A stretch of DNA of 64,000 nucleotides from Candidatus Bathyarchaeia archaeon. Its GTDB lineage: Archaea; Thermoproteota; Bathyarchaeia; Bathyarchaeales; Bathycorpusculaceae. Positions 11,017 to 21,543 of this stretch are shown here, piece after piece. The position numbers and the translations under genes are program-made. The notes beneath the pieces are model-generated. The model worked only from the letters and a program-made list of their open reading frames with translations, did no database searches and was not told where the DNA came from. The stretch spans positions 257,115-321,114 of the forward strand of contig JAVYWL010000002.1 of assembly GCA_038727135.1 (NCBI GenBank). The letters are read 5' to 3'. Each line of letters opens with the position of its first letter. The stretch's first letter is position 1.

Positions 11017-11496
11017 ATGGCGAAAATCCTTGTTGTTTACGATTCTAAAACTGGGAATACTGAGAAGATGGCTTATGCCGTAGCTGAGGGCGCAAAAGAG
11101 GTTGAGGGCACTGAGGTTATCGTCAAGAAGGTTGACCAAACAAGCCTTGAAGACTTGTTGGCAGCGGACGGCATCATAATGGGTTCGCCAACATATTATG
11201 GGCAAATGTCAGCCAAGCTTAAGGCGCTAATAGACGAGTCCGTGAAAATTCATGGGAAACTTGAAGGAAAAGTGGGCGCAGCCTTCACCAGCTCTGGAGG
11301 AACAGCCACAGGAGCAGAAACAACACTCTTGTCCATAATAAATGCCATGCTAATCCACGGGATGATCGTTCAAGGAAGAGCAAACGACAAACACTATGGC
11401 GCAGCGGCAGTGGAAAAACCCGACAAAGAAGAGCTTGAATATTGCCGCGAACTTGGAAAAAGAACAGCTACTCTGGTCAAGAAGCTAAAGGCTTAA
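11017..11496 (+). CDS. Flavodoxin/WrbA-like NAD(P)H-dependent oxidoreductase
   Basis: YDSKTGNTEKMA, GSPTYYG, GKVGAAF. Confidence 0.9.
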   Translation: MAKILVVYDSKTGNTEKMAYAVAEGAKEVEGTEVIVKKVDQTSLEDLLAADGIIMGSPTYYGQMSAKLKALIDESVKIHGKLEGKVGAAFTSSGGTATGAETTLLSIINAMLIHGMIVQGRANDKHYGAAAVEKPDKEELEYCRELGKRTATLVKKLKA

Positions 11497-11511
11497 AATT
11501 TGCTGGTGCAG

Positions 11512-11586
11512 TGGGCCCGGCCGGATTTGAACCGGCGACCAACAGGTTATGAGCCTGTCGCTCTAACCTAGCTGAGCTACGGGCCC
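11512..11586 (-). tRNA. tRNA with CAU anticodon, most likely tRNA-Ile2 (agmatidine type)
   Basis: Reverse complement GGGCCCG TAGCTCAG...ACAGG CT CAT AA CCTGT...GGTTCAAATCC GGCCGGGCCC A folds as a cloverleaf; the GGGCCCG acceptor is typical of archaeal tRNA-Ile. Confidence 0.9.
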
Positions 11587-11742
11587 ACCTGGCTTTTCGG
11601 TTGATAGAATTTGTTTTGCCATTATGAAAGTTTTACGGTTAGAAGTTGCTGTCGAACCAAGTAATCCTTTTTATTTAACATTGCTCTGATTTGTTGCTGA
11701 AGCTTCTCCAATTGTCATAGTCCTTTAAGATCTGGTGGTTTA

Positions 11743-14046
11743 ATGAGTGTCGAAGATAGGCTAATGATTGAGCGTTCGCTCACGGAAATGATGAAAGAGG
11801 CTCTTAAAGCCTTTCATAGAAGGCTTCTTGTTGTTTGTGGTAAGGAAGCAGTAGATGTTCTGGCTTATATTGTATCAAAACATCGGGCAATTAGGGGTGA
11901 AAGCGATGAAAGGGTTGTTTTTGTGGATGATGGAAATAGTGAAACTGTTTACGGGAAGCTTGTTGGAAAGCTTGGGGAGATGGGTTATCAAACCGGCAAT
12001 GTTAAGCGCTACACGTATGAGGACACACATAGGGTTATGGGAACCACCAATGATATATTAATCCTCGACATGTCTAAAGGCGCAAGACCCAACGACATTG
12101 GGAGGCTAATAGAAACCGTAAGGGGCGGGGGTCTAGTAATCTTCTACAATCTAGACTTGGGGGCGGAGAAGCCTTGGAATACAAGCATCCATAAGAAGCT
12201 TGCATCCCCACCTTACACTGAAAGCGACTTGAGAAATAGATTTGAGAAGTTCTTTGTTAGGAAAATTCTTGAAAATCCATGCGTTTGGATTCTTGAAAAC
12301 TGGAGAATTGTTAAAGGAGAACTTCTAAATCCTGCTCGGGCTGTTAGGGAAAAGGCTGTCCCACCCAAGAGGAGTAGAATTCCACAGCCGATTCTTAGGC
12401 TTGCCTTAACTCGTGAGCAGATGAAAGCCTTAGAATCCTTCGAGTTCCTCGACATCAAAAAAAGATGCATGATTGTTCTGATATCCAACCGTGGGAGGGG
12501 GAAATCAGCTCTTCTAGGATTAGGAGCAGCTGCTCTCCTTTCCTTCGGCTTTGGAAAGGTGGTTGTTACTGCTCCCGCTTGTGAGGAGGTTCAAACGGTT
12601 TTCGAGATGGCTGAGCAGGCGCTACTATCTATAGGCGAAAGGGTGAAACGTGAGCGCATAAACGATTTGGTTTATAGGCTTTCGTGCAAGAGGGGCGTTT
12701 TAGAGTTTATCCCACCCTACAAGACGATTAGTGAGACCGCCGACGCTGTTTTGGTTGATGAGGCCGGCGGAATCCACGTTTCGCTACTCTTTCAAATAGC
12801 TGAAAAGTTTCCGAGGGCTGTTTTCGCTTCAACAGTGCACGGATACGAAGGCGCCGGTAGGGGCTTCTCTCTAAGATTTTTGAAATCCGTAGAAAAGCTT
12901 GAAGACGTTAAACCCCACATAATTGAGTTGAAAGAGCCTATAAGGTACGCGCCAGAAGACCCTGTTGAAAAGTGGCTTTATGACGCTTTGCTTTTAAACG
13001 CTGAGCCAGCCGAACTTGAGGGCGAACAATTTAGTCTTGAGAATTGCATATACGAAGAGCCAAATCTTGACTTATGGTTTGAGAGGGATGAGGGGAAACT
13101 CCGCCAGTTTGTGGGCATCTACGTGCTTGCCCACTATAGAAACAGACCTGACGACTTGCTAATCCTTGGAGACGCACCACACCATTCGGCAAGGGCTATT
13201 TTCTCTCCCTCGGGAAAGGTTCTGGCGGCCTTGCAGGTCGATGAGGAAGGACGGATGAGTCAAGAGCTTGTAGAGCAGATTTTGACGGGTAAGCCTCCGT
13301 CAGGTCACCTTATTCCCTCTTGCGTTGTGAAGTATAATCCGCAATACAGAGCCTTTTCAGATTTTAGGGGCTTGAGGGTTGTTAGGATTGCTGTTCACCC
13401 AGAGCTTATGGGACGCGGGTTGGGAAGCCTAGCCCTTAGAAGGCTATGCGAAGAGGCTAAATGCGAAGGTTTCGAGTGGGTTGGAGCCAGCTTTGGGGCT
13501 AATGCTGAGCTTGTGGATTTCTGGCTTAAAAATGGTTTTGTGCCAGTTCACATAAGCCCGATGAGGAATGTGGCCTCTGGTGAGTTCAGCGTCATAGTTA
13601 TTAAGCCCTTAAGTGAAAAGGCGCAAGACCTTGTTAGGGAGGTTCACAGAGAATTTAAGATTAGGCTTTTTGAGGCTCTTCCGGACACATATTTCAACCT
13701 TGAACCTCAAGTGGCTGCACGCCTCCTAAAAAAGCAAGAGTGGACAAGCCGTGAAGCTTTGACGTTGTCTGCTTCACAGCATGGTAGGCTCCTTCAATAT
13801 TGTGATGGAAAACTTGCCTATGAAGGGGCATGCGACGCTGTTAAGCAACTCTTAAGGGTTCATTTCCTCGGTTCCGGCGATGCTAGAGCGGACTTGGAAA
13901 TGGATGTTGAAGCTAAACTCATAGCCAGATGCCTGCAAGCTCGCTCATGGGGACACGTGGCGAGAGCCTTCAAAACCCAGCCGGCTAATCTTAAGGCTGA
14001 AGTGCGCTCTCACATTGCGAAGATGGCAGTCTTCTACAACGTTTAA
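11743..14046 (+). CDS. tmcA: RNA cytidine acetyltransferase TmcA/Nat10
   Basis: ETVRGGG, NRGRGKS, DEAG, STVHGYEGAGRGF, AHYRNRPDDL, RIAVHP..GRGLGS. Confidence 0.93.
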   Translation: MSVEDRLMIERSLTEMMKEALKAFHRRLLVVCGKEAVDVLAYIVSKHRAIRGESDERVVFVDDGNSETVYGKLVGKLGEMGYQTGNVKRYTYEDTHRVMGTTNDILILDMSKGARPNDIGRLIETVRGGGLVIFYNLDLGAEKPWNTSIHKKLASPPYTESDLRNRFEKFFVRKILENPCVWILENWRIVKGELLNPARAVREKAVPPKRSRIPQPILRLALTREQMKALESFEFLDIKKRCMIVLISNRGRGKSALLGLGAAALLSFGFGKVVVTAPACEEVQTVFEMAEQALLSIGERVKRERINDLVYRLSCKRGVLEFIPPYKTISETADAVLVDEAGGIHVSLLFQIAEKFPRAVFASTVHGYEGAGRGFSLRFLKSVEKLEDVKPHIIELKEPIRYAPEDPVEKWLYDALLLNAEPAELEGEQFSLENCIYEEPNLDLWFERDEGKLRQFVGIYVLAHYRNRPDDLLILGDAPHHSARAIFSPSGKVLAALQVDEEGRMSQELVEQILTGKPPSGHLIPSCVVKYNPQYRAFSDFRGLRVVRIAVHPELMGRGLGSLALRRLCEEAKCEGFEWVGASFGANAELVDFWLKNGFVPVHISPMRNVASGEFSVIVIKPLSEKAQDLVREVHREFKIRLFEALPDTYFNLEPQVAARLLKKQEWTSREALTLSASQHGRLLQYCDGKLAYEGACDAVKQLLRVHFLGSGDARADLEMDVEAKLIARCLQARSWGHVARAFKTQPANLKAEVRSHIAKMAVFYNV

Positions 14047-14070
14047 AGAGTTATCAAAACAATTTTAAGG

Positions 14071-14436
14071 ATGTTCCACACGGAATTAAAAACTATGGAA
14101 GGCTTTGGCTTTAAGGATCCAGAACTAAAGGTTTTCACCTTGCCCACATGCTCAAGCTGCCCCGCCGCCAAGCAAATAGCCTTTGAAGTCGCCCAAAAGC
14201 TAGGCTTACCTTATCGAGAGGTGGACATGAACACGCGGGAAGGCCTTGAAGAGGGACTAGCCCACCGAATTATGAGCGCTCCCAGCATAGCCTTAGGCGA
14301 CGAGGTCATTGTTGCTGGGCGCCTCATTTCCAAGGAGAAGCTTGAGGAGGAAGTTCGCAAAAGGCTGGAGAAGTGGCGCGCCAGAGCCTCCTCGGAACAT
14401 CAAATATTGAGAGATGAAAATTTTGGAAGACGTTAA
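14071..14436 (+). CDS. Thioredoxin/glutaredoxin-like protein
   Basis: CSSC motif and later SAP (cis-Pro) motif. Confidence 0.8.
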   Translation: MFHTELKTMEGFGFKDPELKVFTLPTCSSCPAAKQIAFEVAQKLGLPYREVDMNTREGLEEGLAHRIMSAPSIALGDEVIVAGRLISKEKLEEEVRKRLEKWRARASSEHQILRDENFGRR

Positions 14437-14785
14437 GAAAGCTGTAACTGTCTTTAACTATGCGGAGAAAATTAAAACAAACCTCATCATGGCTTCAAGC
14501 CTCCTAGAATTTTTGGGCGGAATAAAAGAGGAGGCGGAGACGGCTGGCGCAGAAAAACTTTTGGTGGCTTATCTTAACGCCCTAATTGTTGAGATTAATA
14601 TTGCGGCCAACGCTTCGCAGGTTGAGGGTTTTAGGGATATAGCCTCAAAACTTCAGAAGGCTGCCGAGCATGTGAGGCAGCGCAACTACGCAGTTGTTCA
14701 GCGATTTATTTCAGAAGCCATATCCATGGCGACGACTCATGGAAGCTGGGCGGCTCAAACCTTAAAGGAGAAAAACCTAATCTAG
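14414..14785 (+). CDS. Hypothetical alpha-helical protein
   Basis: ORF overlapping the thioredoxin gene end, probably co-transcribed. Confidence 0.6.
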   Translation: MKILEDVKKAVTVFNYAEKIKTNLIMASSLLEFLGGIKEEAETAGAEKLLVAYLNALIVEINIAANASQVEGFRDIASKLQKAAEHVRQRNYAVVQRFISEAISMATTHGSWAAQTLKEKNLI

Positions 14786-14797
14786 TCGGCATGTAAC

Positions 14798-15673
14798 TTA
14801 CTTCCCTGTCATCCTTTCAAAATGGAATAGATATTCTTGAGCGTATCCAGCATAAGCGCCGAAATACCTCCGTCCAAAAAGGCTAAGCCTCTCATAATCC
14901 GCCCTTGTCAATGACCTTTTAAGCGAAATTTTCTCAACAAACTCTTTTTCAAAGTGGTTTGCGTAATGCCTTACCATTACACGTTTCATCCAAACGTCCA
15001 CCGGAAAAGCCTCAAGCTTTTCTAGAGAGAAAAGCGCCACGCAATCCGCCACTTTTAAGCCTACGCCCTTTAAAGTCAGCAACCTTTCTCTGGCGCTTTT
15101 ATAGTCTTCTTTTTTAAGCTCTTCGATTTCAAGTTCGCCGTCGGCAACTTTTTTGGCGGCTTCATGGACGTACTTGGCTCTGTAGCCTAAACCGCACTCG
15201 GCTAGCTGCGTGGGACTTGCTTTTGCAAGTTTTTCTGCTGTTGGGAAAGCATACATGGTGCAGCCATTCAGCCACGTTTTTTCTCCGAAACGTTTGGAGA
15301 GATTGTTAAGCATCCTTTTTATGGCTGGTATGTTCTTGTAGGTGGCGCATATGTAAGAGATAAGGCACTCCCAAGGGTCTTGGCGCAGAATCCGCAAGCC
15401 TTTAAGAGCTTCAACAGCTTCTCCGATGTGCTCATCTCTTGCTATTTTTGATAAAATTAGGGGCAAGTTGTCGTCAAGCCCAAAATAGGTTTTGACGAGG
15501 CCGTGATTGGCGCCTTCAAATTCAAGCGTATTGCCAGTTTGCCTAACCTTTAATGGTATGTCTTTAACCGTGCCATACCACCACTCGCCAACTTTTTCCC
15601 ATCTGAAGGCTTGACCACAACACAGTGTCAAATCTAAATTGAAAGGCTGCCAAGGCTTCAAAACAATCTCCAT
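14798..15673 (-). CDS. 8-oxoguanine DNA glycosylase (OGG1-type HhH-GPD)
   Basis: TLCCGQAFRW, LRQDPWECL, GLGYRA, LKGVGLKVADC, FPVDVW. Confidence 0.9.
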   Translation of the reverse strand: MEIVLKPWQPFNLDLTLCCGQAFRWEKVGEWWYGTVKDIPLKVRQTGNTLEFEGANHGLVKTYFGLDDNLPLILSKIARDEHIGEAVEALKGLRILRQDPWECLISYICATYKNIPAIKRMLNNLSKRFGEKTWLNGCTMYAFPTAEKLAKASPTQLAECGLGYRAKYVHEAAKKVADGELEIEELKKEDYKSARERLLTLKGVGLKVADCVALFSLEKLEAFPVDVWMKRVMVRHYANHFEKEFVEKISLKRSLTRADYERLSLFGRRYFGAYAGYAQEYLFHFERMTGK

Positions 15674-15697
15674 AAGCTTTCACTTCACATAAGCGCA

Positions 15698-17908
15698 TTA
15701 TTCTTCGTCTATAAACATGTCCGGCGTCGGCTTTTCCGGCGGCAACCCTTTTCTTTCGCGTATTCGCCTAACAACTTCTGAGGCTATGTTTTCTGGGACC
15801 CTCTCCCAATGGTCAAAGGTGCACTGCCAGAAGGCATGCCCAGAGGTGGCTGAACGCATCTCAGCCGACAACCCAAAGGTTTCAGCCACTGGAATATAAC
15901 CAGCAATCATCGTTAAGATGCCCCTCTGCTCCGAAGCCAGTATCTTGCCCCTTTTCCGGGTTATTATACTTATGCAATCCCCAACCCATTGAGCTGGAAC
16001 AGAAACTCCAATCTTATAAACGGGTTCCAGAAGCACTGGTTTAGCTGTCAAAAAAGAGCCTAAAATCGCGCGGCGAATAGCCGGCATAATCTGTGCTGGT
16101 CCCCGGTGGACTGGATCCTCGTGAAGTTGGGCGTCCATAAGCTTGACTTTCACTCCTCGGATGGGTTCCTCGCACAGTGGTCCAGCCCTGCAAGCCCACC
16201 TAAAACCGGCAATAATCATTTCTTTAGCTTCTCCTAGGTATTGGACGCCTTTTGTCGCGTCTATGAGGATGTTGCGGTGCTCGTCTATAGCCCAAATGTT
16301 TCGCGCCTCCTCGGCTGGCCATCCAGCCTCCTTGAAGAGTATGTTTCCAATCTGTTTTCTCCCCATTTCTTCGGCTATTTCGCCAGCCTCTATTAGGTTT
16401 ATAACCTTCTCATCCAAAGGTTCGACTTGAACCCAGAACCTGTTATGCTTATTGGGGCTTTTGGCCATGGCTACTACGCCTCTGCTAGCGACGCTTTCCC
16501 GGTAAACCACTATCGGCGTTGAGGTTATGATTTCCAATCCGCCGCCATAATCCCGAAGGAATTTCACAGCAATTTCGAGGTGAAGCTCACCCATTCCGCT
16601 CAGCAGATACTCGCCCGTTTCCCTGTTTATGGTGGTTATAAGGTTTGGGTCTTCAATGGAGAGTCTGTTCATAGCGTCCACTAGACGCGGCAAATCCTTT
16701 GGGTGTTTTGGTTCAATGGCAATTGTTATGACGGGTTCTGAAACATACTTTATACGTTCAAAGGGAACCATGACGTCTTTGTAGGCTAAATCCACAAGGG
16801 TTTCACCAGCCCTAGCCAAATCCAATCCCAAAAGCGCCGCAATATTCCCAGCCGCTATCTTGTCAACGACTTCTCTGAAGGCGCCCATATACATGGAAAC
16901 CTGCTGAACGCGGTAGTCTTTGCGCGCACCCACAAGATAAACCTGGTCCCCCTCCTTAACAGAACCTGAGAAAAGCCTTCCAGTTGCCACCAAACCAGCG
17001 TGGGGGTCCATCTGAGCCATTGTTATGCACATGACTGTTGGTCCATTGTCGTCGCAGTTCAGCATGGCTTGCCCAATTTCAGACGACAAATCACCTTTCC
17101 ATATTCTTGGCAGCCTATACCTTTGGGCTTCTATAGGGTTTGGAATGTTCCTCACCACCATGTCTAAAATAGCGTTATGAAGCGGAATCAGCTGCGCAAG
17201 TTTTTGGTGTTCACCGCGCATGTAAGCCTCCACTATGTCGCTGAATTTGATGTTCTTCTCCTGTGCAATTTTTAGTGTAAAGCCCCAACGGTGCAACGCA
17301 GAACCAAAAGCCACCGTCTCCTTTTGAGGGTCAACCTTCCACTTTTCCTTGAATTCTGGCTCTCCATAAAGCTCTATTAGGCTGTTGAGGTCTCTGATAA
17401 TCCGCATAAACTTGTCCTGAATCTCGCTTGGAGTAAGCCTTAACTCCCGGATTAGGCGGTCAACCTTGTTAATGAATAGAACTGGGCGCACTCTCTCCTC
17501 TAGGGCTTGGCGTGTTACGGTTTCTGTTTGAACCATAACCTCCTCAACAGCATCTACGACTACCACTGCGCCGTCAATAGCCCTCAAAGCCCTTGTAACC
17601 TTACCAGTAAAGTCCACATGCCCCGGCGTATCAACCAAGTTTATGATGTATGGGCGTCCGCCAATCTCATGCAAAAGCGAAATGTTGGCGGTCTTGATGG
17701 TGATTCCGCGTTTCTGCTCTTCCTCCAAATAGTCCAAAGCCCGGGCTTCTCCGGCTATTCTGGGCGAAAGTAAGCCAGCCTCAGCCAAAAGAGAATCCGT
17801 CATAGTTGTTTTTCCATGGTCTATGTGGGCTATTATGCCAATGTTGCGGATATCCTCCTTTCTATGCATAAGCTTGAGAATTTCGCTGGTTTGCCTAAAC
17901 CTTGGCAA
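15698..17908 (-). CDS. fusA: Translation elongation factor aEF-2 (canonical)
   Basis: AHIDHGKTT, canonical RGITI, DTPGH, NKVD, GMGELHLE, HEDPVHRG diphthamide loop; TTG start at 17908 chosen. Confidence 0.95.
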   Translation of the reverse strand: MPRFRQTSEILKLMHRKEDIRNIGIIAHIDHGKTTMTDSLLAEAGLLSPRIAGEARALDYLEEEQKRGITIKTANISLLHEIGGRPYIINLVDTPGHVDFTGKVTRALRAIDGAVVVVDAVEEVMVQTETVTRQALEERVRPVLFINKVDRLIRELRLTPSEIQDKFMRIIRDLNSLIELYGEPEFKEKWKVDPQKETVAFGSALHRWGFTLKIAQEKNIKFSDIVEAYMRGEHQKLAQLIPLHNAILDMVVRNIPNPIEAQRYRLPRIWKGDLSSEIGQAMLNCDDNGPTVMCITMAQMDPHAGLVATGRLFSGSVKEGDQVYLVGARKDYRVQQVSMYMGAFREVVDKIAAGNIAALLGLDLARAGETLVDLAYKDVMVPFERIKYVSEPVITIAIEPKHPKDLPRLVDAMNRLSIEDPNLITTINRETGEYLLSGMGELHLEIAVKFLRDYGGGLEIITSTPIVVYRESVASRGVVAMAKSPNKHNRFWVQVEPLDEKVINLIEAGEIAEEMGRKQIGNILFKEAGWPAEEARNIWAIDEHRNILIDATKGVQYLGEAKEMIIAGFRWACRAGPLCEEPIRGVKVKLMDAQLHEDPVHRGPAQIMPAIRRAILGSFLTAKPVLLEPVYKIGVSVPAQWVGDCISIITRKRGKILASEQRGILTMIAGYIPVAETFGLSAEMRSATSGHAFWQCTFDHWERVPENIASEVVRRIRERKGLPPEKPTPDMFIDEE

Positions 17909-18131
17909 GACAGAATCCCCGGACGCTGGACTTTCAAATAACTTACAAGTTTCAAGAAACAAGGGTTTCTCGTGGTCTTAAAAGTCTTGTGGATTTCATG
18001 CAAAAAGTTAATATGGTTCAGTTTTCATTTGCATGTAGCCTAACTCTGGCAGTGGACAGTAATGTTTGCTGGAAACTATGCAGGCAACATCCAGTTTTCA
18101 AGCTTTTGGTTAGCGTGGGGTATGTTCAACT

Positions 18132-20351
18132 ATGGGTCGTTATAGGCAGATAGAAGAAATAGTTAAACTAATGAATCAAACCGAGAGGATAAGGAACACA
18201 AGCATAATTGCGCATGTTGACCATGGTAAGACAACCCTTTCAGACAGCCTTTTGGCGGCTGCCGGCATTATAAGCGAGCAGGTCGCCGGACAGAAGCTTT
18301 TCCTAGACTCTTGGGAACTCGAGCAGAAGAGGCAGATGACGGTTTTCGCCTCCAACATAAGCCTAGTCCACACGTACAAGGGCGTTGACTACCTCATAAA
18401 CCTTATAGACACGCCGGGGCACATAGACTTCAGCGGAAACGTTACAAGAAGCCTAAGGGCTGTTGACGGCGCTTTGGTGGTTGTGGACGCTGTTGAAGGA
18501 CCCATGACCCAGACTGAAACTGTTTTGATGCAAGCCCTCCGCGAGAGAGTGAAACCCATACTGTTCATTAACAAAGTTGACCGACTAATCCGAGAGTTGA
18601 AGCTAACTCCAGAAGAGATTCAGAAAAAATTTGCGAGAATAATCACGAGGATAAACAGCATAATTGAAAAGTATGCGCCGCCAGAGCATAAGAAGGACTG
18701 GCAAGTTAAGGTTGAAGACGGACGTGTCGCTTTTGGATCCGCCCTCCACAAGTGGGGCTTAAACCTACCCCACATGAAGGCTAAGGGCGTAACCTTCAAA
18801 GACATTATTGACGCCTACACTGGCGAACCGGAAGAAATCGGACGGAAAGTTGAAGCCCTAAGCAAACGCATACCCGTTTATGAGCCAGTGCTGGACATGT
18901 TTTGTGAGCACCTCCCAAGTCCGTTGGAGGCACAGCCATACAGGCAGAGCCAAATCTGGCCGGGCGACCCGAACAGCTCTGTCGGTAAAGCTATGGCTAA
19001 GGTTGACCCTAACGGTCCGCTTTTAATGTGTATTACGTTTATTGAGGTGGACCCCCACAGTGGTGTTGTCGCCATCGGAAGAGTTTTCAGCGGCACTGTT
19101 GAGAAGGGTAAAACCGTCCGCCTTGTCACAAGCCGCCAGAAGGGGAGCATACAGCAGGTCTACATGAGCATGGCAACGGACAGAGTTATAGTTGAGAGGA
19201 TCCCGGCTGGAAACATTGCGGCTCTTTCTGGTTTGCCATCCATCCACGTTGGCGAAACAATAGCAGAGGAGGGCGTTGAAACCGCGCCCTTCGAAGCCCT
19301 AAAGTATGTTTCAGACCCCGTCGTCACAGTGGCTGTCGAGCCAGAAGACGTGAAAGACCTCCCATTATTCGATAAGGTTATTCATAAACTAACCCTAGAA
19401 GACCCGAACCTTCACTTCAAGATAGACAAAGAGAGCGGGCAGTACCTGCTCAGCGGCATGGGTGAACTTCACCTTGAGGTTACAGCTTACCGGATGCAGG
19501 AAGCCGGCTTAAAGGTTAGGATGAGCAAGCCCATAGTGATTTACCGTGAGACCATAAGCCGCGATTATAAGGGCCCGCCAGTTATGGGGAAGAGCCCCAA
19601 CAAGCATAATAGGCTTTGGGTAACCGTTGAAAGGCTACAGCCAGAAGTTATAGAGGCTATTAAGACGGGCAAGATTAACGAGATGCAGACCCGTGACGAG
19701 CGCCAGAAAATCCTAATGAAAGAGTTCGGCTGGTCCGCTGAGGACGCCCGCAACGTAATTGCCATAGAAGGCACAAACATATTGGTCAATAGGATTAAGG
19801 GTAGGCAGTACGTGGAAGAGGTACTAGACCATGTTAGGTCTGGCTTTAGGGATGCTGTTGCCACTGGCGTTTTGGCAAAAGAGCCTATGTACGGGCTAAA
19901 GGTAAACCTTGAAGACATCCTCATCCACGAGGACCCAGTCCACCGAGGACCAGCACAGATTTTGCCCATGACATGGCGTCCAATTTGGGGCGCCTTCCTC
20001 CTCAGCGAACCAAAACTCTTAGAGCCCATCCTAAGCTTTGAATGCAAAGTCCCAAACGACTTTGTAAGCCCGGTCATAACGCTATTGCAGAAGCGTCGGG
20101 GCAAAATCTTGGACATGGTTAACGAGGAGGACATGGTTATTGTTAAGGCTGAACTGCCAGTGGCGGAATCCTTTGGAATAGCTGACGAGCTACGCTCTTC
20201 AACACAGGGGAGAGCCTTCTGGGCAACCCAGTTCAGCCGATGGGCACCAGTGCCGGAATCTATGCAAGCAGAAGTTATAAGGCAGATCCGCGAACGCAAA
20301 GGCTTGCCGCCAACACCACCGAGACCAGAGGAATTCTGCGAAGAAGAGTAA
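18132..20351 (+). CDS. EF-2 paralogue (aEF-2p-like)
   Basis: Full EF-2 architecture, but switch-I reads RQMTV instead of RGIT; HEDPVHRG retained. Confidence 0.9.
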   Translation: MGRYRQIEEIVKLMNQTERIRNTSIIAHVDHGKTTLSDSLLAAAGIISEQVAGQKLFLDSWELEQKRQMTVFASNISLVHTYKGVDYLINLIDTPGHIDFSGNVTRSLRAVDGALVVVDAVEGPMTQTETVLMQALRERVKPILFINKVDRLIRELKLTPEEIQKKFARIITRINSIIEKYAPPEHKKDWQVKVEDGRVAFGSALHKWGLNLPHMKAKGVTFKDIIDAYTGEPEEIGRKVEALSKRIPVYEPVLDMFCEHLPSPLEAQPYRQSQIWPGDPNSSVGKAMAKVDPNGPLLMCITFIEVDPHSGVVAIGRVFSGTVEKGKTVRLVTSRQKGSIQQVYMSMATDRVIVERIPAGNIAALSGLPSIHVGETIAEEGVETAPFEALKYVSDPVVTVAVEPEDVKDLPLFDKVIHKLTLEDPNLHFKIDKESGQYLLSGMGELHLEVTAYRMQEAGLKVRMSKPIVIYRETISRDYKGPPVMGKSPNKHNRLWVTVERLQPEVIEAIKTGKINEMQTRDERQKILMKEFGWSAEDARNVIAIEGTNILVNRIKGRQYVEEVLDHVRSGFRDAVATGVLAKEPMYGLKVNLEDILIHEDPVHRGPAQILPMTWRPIWGAFLLSEPKLLEPILSFECKVPNDFVSPVITLLQKRRGKILDMVNEEDMVIVKAELPVAESFGIADELRSSTQGRAFWATQFSRWAPVPESMQAEVIRQIRERKGLPPTPPRPEEFCEEE

Positions 20352-20420
20352 AGCCGCTATTCTTTCTCTTCCAATTTTAGCATAGCCTTTTAAGAGCACA
20401 ACATAACATTTAAGAGTGAA

Positions 20421-21182
20421 ATGGAAGCTGAAAGCTTAAAGGTTTCTCTCGTAAGCCTTCGTGAAGAGCCGTTTGCCTCAGTACTATGTTATCCAAAACC
20501 AGCCGAAGCGGAGCTTGGAAAACGCATAAAAGAGCTTAGAAGATTGGGAGTAACTGAATTGGAGTTTTGCGGGGAAAAACAAGTTTTAAGCTTGAAGGTT
20601 TTGGGCAAAGGATGTGTTGGCATAGTTGTGAAAGCCTATAGGGGCAATGAGGCGGTAGCCTTAAAAATTCGGAGGGTGGATGCTGACCGCGCTACAATGT
20701 TGCATGAGGCTGAAATGATTGGAATAGCAAACTCTGTTAATGTTGGACCGAGGCTTTTAGGTGTGAGCAAAAACTTTCTGCTGATGCAGTTTGTGGAGGG
20801 CTTACTGCTTCCAGAATGGCTGGAAAAACGCTTAAGCAAAAAGCGCCTAAAAAATGTTTTGAGAGACATTTTGGAGCAGTGTTGGCGCCTTGACCGTGCT
20901 GGATTGGATCATGGCGAGTTAAGCCACGCCCCAAAACACATAATTGTGGACGGCCAAGACAAGCCCTTCATAGTGGACTTTGAAACCGCCAGCCTAAACC
21001 GTAAACCATCAAACGTCACCTCGATTGCGCAGTTCCTCTTCATAAGCGGTGTTGTAGCGGAGAAAATAAGCCGAAAACTTGATGAAAAGGATAAAAAAGC
21101 CATTATTGAGGCTTTAAGGCGTTATAAAGCTGACGGAAGCCGCCAAAATTTTGAGGCACTTTTGTCGGTTTGCGGTCTCTAG
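20421..21182 (+). CDS. Ser/Thr protein kinase (RIO/Bud32-like)
   Basis: LGKGCVG, VALK, HGELS, IVDFE. Confidence 0.85.
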   Translation: MEAESLKVSLVSLREEPFASVLCYPKPAEAELGKRIKELRRLGVTELEFCGEKQVLSLKVLGKGCVGIVVKAYRGNEAVALKIRRVDADRATMLHEAEMIGIANSVNVGPRLLGVSKNFLLMQFVEGLLLPEWLEKRLSKKRLKNVLRDILEQCWRLDRAGLDHGELSHAPKHIIVDGQDKPFIVDFETASLNRKPSNVTSIAQFLFISGVVAEKISRKLDEKDKKAIIEALRRYKADGSRQNFEALLSVCGL

Positions 21183-21409
21183 GCGATGTAGTCAATCTTA
21201 GATTTGGCATTTGCGTTTTGCTCGATTCTTCCTCCATCATTTATCAATTCAAGTTTTAACTCGTTCAGAAGCTGGGTTAAATCCAGCCAAGTCTCCACCT
21301 GAAGCTGTCGGGCAACCCGTCGCTTCTCGTAAAGAAGCGGAACAAAGTCAACGAAAAGCCAGCCGTAAGCCTCAGCCAAATGTTTTCTCTCCCTTCTCCC
21401 TTTCCCCAA
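21179..21409 (-). CDS. Small hypothetical protein
   Basis: Fills the gap, 4-nt overlap with the kinase stop, TATA-like element just upstream. Confidence 0.4.
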   Translation of the reverse strand: MGKGRRERKHLAEAYGWLFVDFVPLLYEKRRVARQLQVETWLDLTQLLNELKLELINDGGRIEQNANAKSKIDYIA

Positions 21410-21543
21410 TTGAAAGAGAGGCTGACCATTTTATAACCATGTATGGAAAAATCTTCTAGAAGAAAAGAGCGCATGTACAATTTTAATGGTCTTGTTGAAA
21501 AGGTTTAAAACTGGCTTTTCTGGATTTTAGCCACGGTGTTCAA

